The notes beneath the pieces were generated by a model. It did not search any database. It was not told the origin of the DNA and was given only the letters and a program-made list of their open reading frames with translations. Shown here in pieces: positions 13,640-24,435 of a DNA stretch of 64,000 nucleotides. The position numbers and the translations under genes are program-made. The number at the start of each line of letters is the position of its first letter. The stretch's first letter is position 1. The stretch is from Eledone cirrhosa. Lineage: Eukaryota. The stretch lies in contig OZ024742.1 in NCBI GenBank assembly GCA_964016885.1, positions 210,614,001 through 210,678,000 on the forward strand, read 5' to 3'.

Positions 13640-13800
13640 AGTTGGGGGGATGTCCCTCTTTTATGTAATATTCGGCTTGTAGTGGGAAAAAAGGGTTTTA
13701 GTTCGGTGACGGCAGAATAATGTTCGTTCAATTCTGTTATTCAGCAATTTCTTCTTGTGTGTGATTATGTAATAAATCTCAAGATTACACAATTTGCAGA
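13640..13800 (-). mobile_element. Penelope-like GIY-YIG endonuclease C-terminal fragment
   Basis: CKLCNLEIYYIITHKKKLLNNRIERTLFCRHRTK (CxLCxxE..LNxRxE..CRH motif). Confidence 0.7.
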
Positions 13801-13904
13801 AATTCTCACTGCTATCAAAAAACCACTCCCTCAACTATTCTTCTAACAACTTCACCCCTCCCTCCTAATATTCTCTATAAAAACCAAACAGGTCCTCAGT
13901 AATA

Positions 13905-14017
13905 TTATTCTGATGAAATGACAGTAGATAATAACATTGAAATATTGAATGTCTAATACTTTGTAGATAGCAGCTGTTTTCAGGTTATGTAACTGTTATA
14001 GAAACACGTGTCAATAA
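13905..14017 (+). ncRNA. Type-I hammerhead ribozyme motif with long stem II
   Basis: ttatt-CTGATGA-a-atgacagt...actgttat-a-GAAA-cacgtg-TC-aataa; GUC triplet. Confidence 0.7.
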
Positions 14018-14164
14018 ATTCCTTTCAACTAAACTGTATCCATTCAAATCTTTCTATTTTTCTCCGGATTACTTTTGGAACTATAACTGGAACCGTCGAG
14101 CAAACTCTACGTGAGCTGTCAATCTACTGTGTGTAATATTTATATTACAACACAACGGAAAATA

Positions 14165-14213
<49 letters not shown>

Positions 14214-14219
<6 letters not shown>

Positions 14220-14623
14220 ACGGCTGGAGAGAAATGAGGCAAGCATGCTCCGTTGGATGTGCAATGTCAATGTGCGTGAACGACCCAGCATGAATGTATT
14301 GAGAGAGAAACTGTGTCTGAGAGGGATAGAATGTAGTGTACGGGAAAGGAGACTGAGGTGGTATGGACATGTGATGCGCATGGAGGATGACCGATGGGTG
14401 AAGAAGTGCCAGGAAATGCCAGTTGAAGGAAGACGTAGTAGAGGTAGACCACGAAAAACATGGGCGGAGGTGGTGAGAACAGACCTCAGATCGCTGAAGC
14501 TCACGGTGGAGATGACGAAGGACCGTGATAAGTGGAGAGATGCTGTGTTGAATAAGACCCGTCCCAGCCTTGCAAACAGGGAAAAGTGGACGTAAAATGA
14601 TGATGATGATGATGATTATGATG

Positions 14624-14625
<2 letters not shown>
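14214..14625 (+). mobile_element. 5'-truncated RTE-clade LINE 3' end with (GAT)n tail, inserted in (TA)n
   Basis: Uninterrupted ORF end MLRWMC..RRLRWYGHVMRM..GRRSRGRPRKTW..DRDKWR followed by GATGAT repeats. Confidence 0.88.
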
Positions 14626-14661
<36 letters not shown>

Positions 14662-14978
14662 TTGTTAAGATGGCGTAGGACAGAACAAAGGAGAGGCACA
14701 AAAACAAAGAAAATAATCCCCAGTCACTGAAGAGGTCACAGAATGTGTGACGAAATAACTTTGACAATATACGAACAATCGTCTGGTTGTGGAACCAACC
14801 AACCAACCAACCGGAAATTTATAAATTCCTAAATTTATAAATTTAATTTATAATAAATTGAAATGAAACAACTGGTGCGTGTGTTTCTTATTGGCAACAT
14901 GACCCTCCCAAAGTATAACAATATCGGTTTCAACACACGTTTTCAGATAAAGAATCTTGCTAAACAAATTCAGAAACG

Positions 14979-15059
<81 letters not shown>

Positions 15060-15089
15060 CACACATATATATATATAAAAGAAATGAAT

Positions 15090-15832
15090 ACAAAGAGTAT
15101 AAACCGTTAAAACATGTTTATATAACAATGCACCTACGTACGTTTCGCCCAGAGTGGGCTTACCAAGGGCATGGAAAACAAAAAAATGATCAATACGCAA
15201 CCTAGGAGGGGTTCTAAGGTTAAATTCATATCAGAGTTCATTCTTCGCTTAAGTGCATGTGTTGTTATTCCGTCAGAGCAAGGGGAGTAACTCTGGCCGG
15301 TGCTCAACCAATCATGTCCTACTTAGTTTTTTATCCATTCATATGATGGCATTTGTGTTATTATTTTATGGGTGCTGTTTTACTAATGCAGGTTCGAGCC
15401 AAGTCTGGGATGCACATTTATTATTTTGTGGGTGTTGTTTTACTCATGCCGGTTCGTGCAGTGTCTGGGATGTACATTTGGTTCACAGATGTTTGCTTAC
15501 ACCGCCTGCCCACCGGAGTGTTATGGTTTGGGCAGGTGGACCCAGTTTATAGTTTTCATGCCGCAGTCGCTTCCCAGGCGAAGTACGGGGCCTGCACTCG
15601 GTGCTTACAGTTTATGACTGATTCAGCCCTGCTGTTTATGAGCTCGTGGGGGTGTTCTTATGATGTAGTAAATCTCCATGAGGCAAAGCTGGCATTTCCT
15701 CTTAAAGTTGTAGGGTGCAGCCCTACCGACAATATCCCAGTGTGTGGAGAAGCTGATGTTGGCGTCTTTTAATGTAGTGGCGTAATTGGCAAGCGATGTG
15801 GAGTGCCTTAGTTTTTTGTTCCTGAAAGAGTT
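15090..15832 (-). mobile_element. Penelope-like 3' fragment (GIY-YIG C-terminus plus pseudo-LTR with decayed hammerhead at 15130-15172)
   Basis: SFRNKKLRHSTSLANY..LKD..WDIVGRAAPY..CQLCLMEIYYII..INSRAE..CKHR; downstream gccc/gggc-GAAA-cgtacg-TA. Confidence 0.75.
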
Positions 15833-16599
15833 AGGAAGGGCATCCAGCCATAGAAACCATGCCAAATATGTAATGTATGAGCAAGATGAGGTTACTCCAA
15901 TATGTCAGGTCTTGGACTATGACAACCTGTCCAACACACTCCAGTGTGGAAAGTGGATATAAAATGGGGATGGTTAGATTTTTAAAATTTAATACCTGTA
16001 TATATAACTTTTCAATTCCAATTGCTTGTGCCAAGCTGACTTTGATATGTAAAATTGGGGGTTTGGTGTGTATTCTAATTCTTTGTGTATGAGGGGCCTC
16101 CCAAACCTGAAGTGTCCCAGGCCCCATAAGGTCTAAATCCGGCCCTGTTCATATTACTAGTTGCCTACAATTTTATGCAGTGTTTTTCTAAATTCATTTT
16201 ATCGCAAGATATTTTGTTCATTATCTTCATACCCAGCTTGTATTGAGATCGAATTATATAATTTTAGTGCACCATAAATCAAGTACCAGTTTCCCCAATA
16301 GTTTTAAAAAGCTTACATTTTAAAAAGCTTGCATTTTATATTAAATATAAAAATTAGAATTGGAGCTCTGAAATAGCAATATATATATGGATGTATATAT
16401 AATGTATTTTGCAATACACTTTATGCTTAATTCAAATATTTAAAAACCTTAATTCAAATGCACATTAGACAAGGCTCTTTTCCGAAGGCGAGTGACTTAT
16501 TATTGATTAAATCATGTCCCATTTTTCAGGTATTTATTTTATCTACCACAAAAGGATGGAAGATACAGTTGATCGCGACAGATTTTAATTGAGAAGGAT

Positions 16600-16760
16600 G
16601 AATTGTAAAGGCGTTCGTGATATTTAGGGGAGCTGGAAAACGAGGTTCTTGTCATTGTTGGCGGCATACTTTAGCGATATATCAGGTGATGCCTACAAGG
16701 GTGCTTAGTTATTCTAGCGCCTTAGCCACGCTATCATCCCCGACAATGCCGTGCGTTGGC
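16600..16760 (+). mobile_element. CRE-like 3' relic
   Basis: LSDISGDAYKGA*LF*RLSHAIIPDNAV, similar to 35100-35200. Confidence 0.5.
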
Positions 16761-16989
16761 TTACATAAAAAAATAATTAAAAAGAAATTCTAGCGCCCCT
16801 TGGGGCTTGTAATTGAATGTGTGGGCCTTCTCCAGTTTCTTTCTTTCTTTTTCTGATTACTTTCCTTCTACACATTGTTTGGTAATTTATGTAAATAAAA
16901 TGGTACATATCACTCATATTCGTATCTATCTAACAAAACATGTAGAGTAATCTATCAAGTATGATAGATACGGCCTTCAATTTGAAACC

Positions 16990-17345
16990 TAGCAGTTCTG
17001 CAAGGGATTGATAATATTAAAAAAATATTTTTGGGACTTAGTCAGGGGTGGAAGGAAAGTATCCAAAACTGTTCTTAGTGCCTCCAAAACCGGTAAAAGG
17101 GAGAAGAGAAGGAAGATCAGACATGTGATCTGAATGGTGTTTTTATTGGTTTTTATCAAATAAAGGGGAAGGGGGAGAACAGCACCTGTAACCCATTTAA
17201 ATTTCTCCAAGACTTGAAGTTATCCCCAGTCAGGAAATTTAGTCCGAATATTTCCTAAAGGAATGCAAGGGTCATATGTGGTGTTAAACCAAATGGCGGA
17301 TTGAGCTATCACCGACAAACAGATACGATTCCTTATGTAACTGAG
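16990..17345 (-). mobile_element. Possible LINE ORF1 esterase (SGNH-like) relic
   Basis: YLFVGDSSIRHL motif only. Confidence 0.3.
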
Positions 17346-17350
17346 TTAGA

Positions 17351-17351
<1 letters not shown>

Positions 17352-17428
<77 letters not shown>

Positions 17429-17455
17429 GTGTGTGTGTGTGCGTGCGTGCGCGCG
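17352..17455. repeat. (TG)n microsatellite
   Basis: Direct reading. Confidence 0.95.
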
Positions 17456-17848
17456 CACGTGTATGCAGGGCCTTCAAGAGAAAGTTTGCAAGATGGTACA
17501 AGACCCCTTTGAGACCCGAAGCAAGCAAAGATTTTTCTCAAAATGAACACAAATGAACGCTACGGTAATGTGTTTTAATAGTTAAACCATATGTGCTTTA
17601 ATAGTTAAGCCATATGTGTTTTGATGGTTAAACATAACCAGTCTGTGAGACAAAGAGCATCTTGAAGTTGGCCTTTAAAAAACTACTAAGATTAACGGTC
17701 AAAGATCTACCAACTACAAACAAAATATTTCAGTACAACATGGAGGCTATGAAAAGATTCAACAACAGAAATTCCTAGCCACCTTATTTTGTAACTTTAT
17801 TGTTTTTTTATGCTTCTTTTCTTTCCCGTTTGCCCGTCTCTTACTTTT

Positions 17849-17864
17849 CCTCTCTCTCTCTCTC

Positions 17865-17943
<79 letters not shown>
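17849..17943. repeat. (CT)n microsatellite
   Basis: Direct reading. Confidence 0.95.
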
Positions 17944-17947
<4 letters not shown>

Positions 17948-18164
17948 GTTTCTTAATTGTACAGGGATATTAGATACCTCTCCTAGTCTGTCACGGCTTA
18001 CTAACTCTATACAGCTATCTAAATAGATTAAATAAGTAAATAAATAAATAAGGTAGCGGTAACAATATTTATAACATTTACATTATACACACACATTGTG
18101 CCTAATTTAAAAATCATATTAAACTATCAAAGAAATGAATTAGAACCGACCTATAGGCGAACCT

Positions 18165-18252
18165 TATGTATGTATGTATGTATGTATGTATGTATGTATG
18201 TATGTATGTATGTATGTATGTATGTATGTATGTATGTATGTATGTATGTATG
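18165..18252. repeat. (TATG)n microsatellite
   Basis: Direct reading. Confidence 0.95.
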
Positions 18253-18852
18253 TGTAGTGGATAAATGTATTCTTTGATGGATGAATGCTAAAAAGAATAA
18301 TGCTAGATTTTGACAATGTTTATTTTACAATAACAATATTCACTTGTTGGTACGTTGAACATCAAGTAATAAAAATTGTGACATGAATTATCACTACATT
18401 AATTAGCTCAGTAGCTACGTCGAGCTAGCGTGTATGCGTGTATCAATACGACGATACGATAGAATGATTCAACAGGAAGACTAGAGAATAGATGAAACAC
18501 AGAAGTAAAACAGCATAATGAAACCAACTGAGTGTGTGTGTATGTGTGTATCCTTAGTATTCGTTATTCCTCTCAAGAACTGCTTGCTTCGTTGCCTCTT
18601 GTCTGGTGGCGTAGTCCGTGGCCGAGAAGGTGAGAGCCAGTAAGGGCCAGGAGAGAAAGATAGAGTAAAAGGTCTGCTGATGCCTAAATCGTTATCTCTC
18701 ACGGACTGCTTGCTGCTTCGGGGTCTCTCTGTCTGGTGGTGTAGTCAGTGGCCGAGAAGGTGAGAGCCAGTGAGGCCAGGAGAGAGAAAGAGTAAAAGTG
18801 ACACAATTATTATTATTGTTACTATTATTATTACTTTTTTTTCCCCAATTCA

Positions 18853-21800
18853 ATGATGTTTCAAAACAATATAAAAGAGATAATTGGCAATAAGGGTTCT
18901 GGAACAAAAGAGATAATTGGCAATAAGTACAGATGCCCCAGGTTATCACAGCCTGGACCTGCTCGTCATCGTGCCACTGTAATAGAGCCAAACAAGGCAT
19001 TTAGTCTTGGCTGCTGGAACGTACGGACGCTGCTTGATAGGGATTCCTTGGAGCGTCCTGAACGAAGGACCGCTCTTGTTGCAAAGGAGCTTCGACGTTA
19101 TGATCTTGACATCGTGGCTTTATCTGAGACGAGGTTAGCTGGAGATGGTCATCTTACAGAATTTTGTGGATAATATACATTCTTCTGGAAAAGAAGAGAT
19201 GAAGGAACCAGAAGAGAGGCCGGACAAGCATTTGCTGTTAAGACTGTTCTTGTGAATAAATTAGAAGAATTTCCAGTAGGGATTAGTGAGCGTCTTATGT
19301 CCATGAGAATTCCGCTGGACAAAGGAAGATATGCGACCCTGGTGAGTGTGTATGCTCCAACTATGAATTCTGTCGATGAAGAAAAAGTGTCCTTGAAAGG
19401 TGTTTTAAGAAATATCCCTCAGGCAGACAAAGTCATGGTGCTTGGTGACTTTAATGCTAGAGTGGGTAGGGATTTTAACACATGGAATGTAATCGGAAGG
19501 CATGGGGTGGGAAAGTGTAACAACAATGGTATGCTCCTGCTGTAGATGTGTGAGGAGCTGGATCTGTGTGTTACCAACACCATGTTCCAACAAAAGAACA
19601 AATTTAAGACTACATGGATGCATCCTGCATCTAAGGAATGGCATCTTTTGGACTACATCCTAGTCGGGATGCGTGACAGACGGGATGTGCAGTGTGTTCG
19701 TGCTCTTCGTGGAGCTGAGTGCTGGACGGACCACCGCCTGGTACGCGCAAAAGTGAAACTAATCACTAAACTTAAAATCCGGGCTCCTGGTGTTGCCCTG
19801 CCCAGAAGATTGAATGCTGCTCGTCTTAGGGATAAAAATGTGAAGAGGACATTGCGAGAAGAGATGCAGGTTGCAGATCTTGGTGAGAATTGGCCGACCC
19901 TTAAAAAGTCGGTTTATGATGTTGGCAGGCATGTTCTAGGATTGGTGCAGAGAAAACATCAAGACTGGTTTAATGAGAATGATGAACATATAGAAGACTT
20001 GTTGGCTGATAAGAGGCGTGCTCTGTCACGCTACTTGATGGCAAAACCACAGGAGAGGAATACGTTGCCTGAGGAACTCAAGGATGTAAAATCACGTGTT
20101 AGGCGGAGTCTTTCTCAGATGAAGGATCAGTGGTGGAGTGAGAAGGCTGATGAGATACAAACTGCGTCAGATTCCAATAACACAAAGCTGTTGTACAGTC
20201 TCTTGCGTGAAGTTTATGGACCGTCTTCTTTTCTGGTGACACCGCTTCGCAGCAAGGATGGCAAAGAACTTCTTCGTGACTCACAAGGAATTCTTCAAAG
20301 GTGGCGAGAGCACTTTCATGAGCTTTTGAATCAGCCGCCTGTCGTCAATGTAGATTTCCTCAATCTCATTTCTGAAAAACCTGTGATAGTAGCTCTCGCA
20401 GAACCTCCGACGCTTGTGAAGGTTGCAGTGGCTATCTCGAAGCTGAATAGTGGAAGGTCTCCAGGTATGGATGGCATACATACAGAGCTCCTACAATATG
20501 GTGGTGAGAGACTCCTGCAACATCTTCACTCTTTCTTTCGCAGGATATGATGGGCTAATGAATCCGTACCTGAGGACTGGAGAGATGCAATAATGGTGGT
20601 CTTGTACAAGAGTAACAGAGGTATATCATTGCTTTCTGTCGTAGGGAAAGTTTTATGTAGGGTGCTTCTGGACCGTCTGCTGACACACATTGCAGTTTGT
20701 GTTCTTCCTGAAAGTCAATCTGATTTTCGTGCTGGACGCGGGACTACTGATATGATCTTCTCAGCTAGACAGCTCCAGGAGAAGTGCATGGAACAAGGTT
20801 TGGATCTGTATCAGGTTTTTGTCGATCTGACAAAAGCTTTCGATACTGTTAACAGAAATGCAATATGGAAGGTTCTCCAGAAACTTGGTTGCCCTGATAA
20901 ATTCCTTGCTTTAGTTAGGTCTTTCCATGACGACATGAAGGCTTGGGTTAATGTCGGAGGCAACATGTGGGAGCCTATCTCAGTAAAAAATGGAGTGAAA
21001 CAGGGGGATATTCCAGCACCGACCCTGTTTACCATATACTTTGCAATGGTTTTCTATATTGTATTCAGGAATTGCGAGCATGGTGTTTACATCCAATATC
21101 GAACCTCAGGCAGTATATTTAACATCAGGCGCTTTGCTGCAAAAACAAAAGTATTTACATCAATCATAAGAGACCTCTTGTATGCAGATGATTGCGATAT
21201 TATAGCGCACACAGAGAGTGATATGCAGCACATTTTGAATGCATTTTCTGACGCCTGCACTGCCCTAGGATTGACTGTCAGTCTCAAGAAAACCGTCGTC
21301 ATGTACCAGCCTGCCCCTGGTAAGCAGTACAGTGAACCAAATATCTATGTATATGGTAAACGACTTGGAGTGGCTGATCAGTTTGTCTACCTGGGAAACA
21401 CTGTCAATCGATACAGCAACCTTGACAGTGAAATCTCACTTAGGATTAGGAAAGCAAGTGATGCTTTCGGAAAGCTAGAACGGCGACTCTGGTGTCGGCG
21501 AGACATATGCAAGAAGACAAAGGTAAAGGTGTACAAGGCATGTGTGCTCTCTTGTCTTCTTTATGCCTGCGAGACCTGGGTCACATATCGACACCACCTT
21601 AAGCAATTGGAGCGTTTCCATCAGTTGTGTCTCTGACGGATCCATGGCGTTCACTGGAGGGACCACATCAGTGATGTCGAGATTTTGGAAAGCTCTCTGT
21701 GTGACAGTATAGAAGCTCTTGTGCTTAAGCAACGACTCCGTTGGAGTGGTCACCTTCCCAGGATGAAGGATTCTGGAATACCATAACAACTCTTTTATGG

Positions 21801-22360
21801 AGAGTTAGTTAAAGGAAAACGACCGCCACATAAACCAAAAAAGAGGTATAAGGATTCCTTGAAAGCCTCTTTGAAAGACGCAAACATCTCTGCTGATACA
21901 TGGGAAAATGTTGCTGCTGATCGTAATAAATGGAGAAAGACTGCATATGAGGGGAAAGTTGCCTTTGAGGCATCTCGAATCGCATACCAGAAAGTAAAGC
22001 GGCATATGCGGAAGGGCATTGCTGTTGCATTTCCAGACGGCGAAGGTCCTCCTATGGCGCTGACATGCAGCGTCTGTGCGAGACTGCCTAAGCAAAGCTG
22101 GACTCGAAAGTCATCTTCGCAGTCATAAAGTAAGACCAGTGGTTGACTACCAGGCTGCTGTTGGAGATGCTACTCATCATGCTTGCCAAGCATGTGGTAG
22201 AGAATGTAAATCAGCAAGAGGGCTCAAACGACATGCAAAAGTACATGATCTCTAACCATAGCCGGCTATTCCCAGTGAATGTTTTGGTTGCCAAGTAAGA
22301 CACTTTAGTTCATTGGCTGGGCTAAAAAGCCACATTCGATCGCAGCGCTGTTAATTGTTA
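18853..22360 (+). mobile_element. Near full-length RTE (BovB-like) LINE, APE-RT ORF disabled by in-frame stops
   Basis: One reading frame: WNVRTL..RPERRTALVAKEL..ALSETR, GDFNARVG, TDHRLV, DLTKAFD, GVKQG, LLYADD, YLGN; stops at 19171, 19543, 20548, 21634, 21784; C-terminal C2H2-like fingers. Confidence 0.95.
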
Positions 22361-22725
22361 TCGTCTGTGTGTGTGTAGATATGTTTATGTGTGTGCGCGT
22401 GTGTATATATATATATATATGTATATTATTATTGTTGTTGTCGTTTTTATTGTTGTTATTATTATTATTATTATTGTTATTATTATTATGGGCGCACGTG
22501 TGTGAAGACGGACAAGTCTGCGGGGAAAAGGTTCGTAACTTTAAGCTGTTTTAAAGTATCATTTTTTGTATTTTCTTGTCGTTAACGAAACATAAGGTAC
22601 CTATCTTGGTTTCAAAGAAGGGATACCTCTCAATATTCGGGCTTTAAGCCCGAATATTCAGATTTATTTTTAAAAATTTCGAAAAAAAATCGCTACCCCA
22701 CCAAAAAAAAAAAAAAAAAAAAAAA

Positions 22726-24406
22726 ATGGAAATTTTCGACCTTGAAACGGTAAACAACGTTCAGGTCAAAAGTTCAAAGGCAGCCACTGTAGATCTCACC
22801 ACAACTTCGACTACTACAGACATGTCTGTCGACCATTCCACTGAATGTGAAGGCAAAACTCAAAAGCTACCATCACAACCTTCTGTGTTAGCAGCAATAT
22901 CATCTGAAAACGACATCACATCGATAAAGACGAACAGTTGGCCCAGGCGTGGAGGCTAATTAAACGGGAGAAGTCCTGGGCAAACCTGACCACCCCGGAC
23001 GGGGCAATAGGAGGACGGTGTACTTTCGATGCATTTCGGTGCAGTCACGAAAAGTGGAACTTGCCAGCCAAGCAGAGGTCGAGGCTGCTTTGGAGTGCAT
23101 CGGAAGTAGTTCGGTACCATCTCGGTACTGTTCAAAACCGAGGCCCTTGCTATTAAGCACTCGGTGACCCCCTGCAGAACGGAACGCATTATCATGCACC
23201 CGTCCTACATGGGTAAAAAGACAGTAAAGGTCCGCATTCCCAGCATCCCACCAGGAATGAACATATGGTGGCTGCTGGGATGCGTAATCGAGGAAGGGAC
23301 AGACACTACCCTCCTGGATATCAAAAGGACAGAGAGAGGACTGGTCCGGAATGGATTTGGAGATTCTTCTCCAAATGAAACCGGAGGACATGAACAACAT
23401 CCCGGATTTTGCCCGCCTGTAAGACGGGACAACAATCGAACTAATCATTGAGGGAAAAAGGCCACACTGCTTCGTCTGCGGGGAAGCAACGCATCTGCAA
23501 ACTTTCTGCCCTCAGCACAAAAATGCAGGGGGTCGCAAACCTCCTTTGTTGCCAACGCCAGTGTCAGCACGGAAAGCTGCACCACCACCACCAAAAAGAA
23601 CACCAACAAAGACACGGACACCAACATCAAAAACAGCCGGGCCACCACCAACGCCGAAACCAATCCAAGGGAAAGCCCCCCCCCCAAAAAAAAAAAAAAT
23701 TATACACATAGACAAAACAATAAACGCACACACAGACACAGAGACACTCATAGCCACAGACTCTTTGTCTTCCAGCAGCGAAGATGAAGGTAAACCCAAA
23801 AGTGCAAAAAAAACCCAGAGAAAACTCACCAAAAAAACCCCCAACAAAACACAAAAACATACAGACACCACTAACGCAAACACTTCCCCAATAACATCAG
23901 CACCAACAGCAACATCGACACCACCCCCACAATCCCCGAAACGCAAACAACCTAAACAAACACAAGTACAAATAAACACACAAATACCTGAAATTGCAGC
24001 CACCACACCTACAACAAACATAGACACACCCGAAACAACATCACCAAAACCATCACCACCACAGTCACCAAAACGAAAACAAATAAAACCACACCAACAA
24101 AATGTTAAAAACTTCGTGCTTGTCAGAAGGGCCAACGATAAACTGATGGCCCTCTTAGCACGAAGCGAGGGCATTCAAACAGAAGGGGAGATTTTTGAAA
24201 TGAGCACATTTTGCGTGCCAGAAGATTCGCTTCTGGTCCGAATGTCACTCAATTCCTTCAAAGAAACTTGGGAGAGCTTTCCTCAAGACGTGGGAACCCC
24301 GAATGTGAAACCCATATCGAGACTTTTAAAGTGGTTCCCAAAAGAAACCACACCAACCATGGAGGTCGAACCACCCGACCTTCACAAGACCCCGGGAGGT
24401 AAGTAA
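22726..24406 (+). pseudogene. Tx1 ORF1 (gag-like, CCHC zinc knuckle, Pro/Thr/Lys-rich tail), frameshifted
   Basis: GKRPHCFVCGEATHLQTFCP at ~23453-23512; KKTVKVRIPSIPP; ORF broken into several frames. Confidence 0.8.
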
Positions 24407-24435
24407 ACCTTCCCTCTCTCTTTTAGCTTGCCAAC

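Larger units (their letters stand above)
10284..16147. mobile_element. hAT-type non-autonomous DNA transposon expanded by nested insertions
   Basis: TIRs CAGGACCGTATTTA / TAAATCCGGCCCTG (12/14); flanking 8-bp TSD TTCATATC / TTCATATT; GGGGCCCC-type subterminal motifs. Confidence 0.65.

Noticed and set aside
23512-24174. 220-aa minus-strand hydrophobic ORF
   Set aside because: Antisense shadow of the A/C-rich Tx1 ORF1
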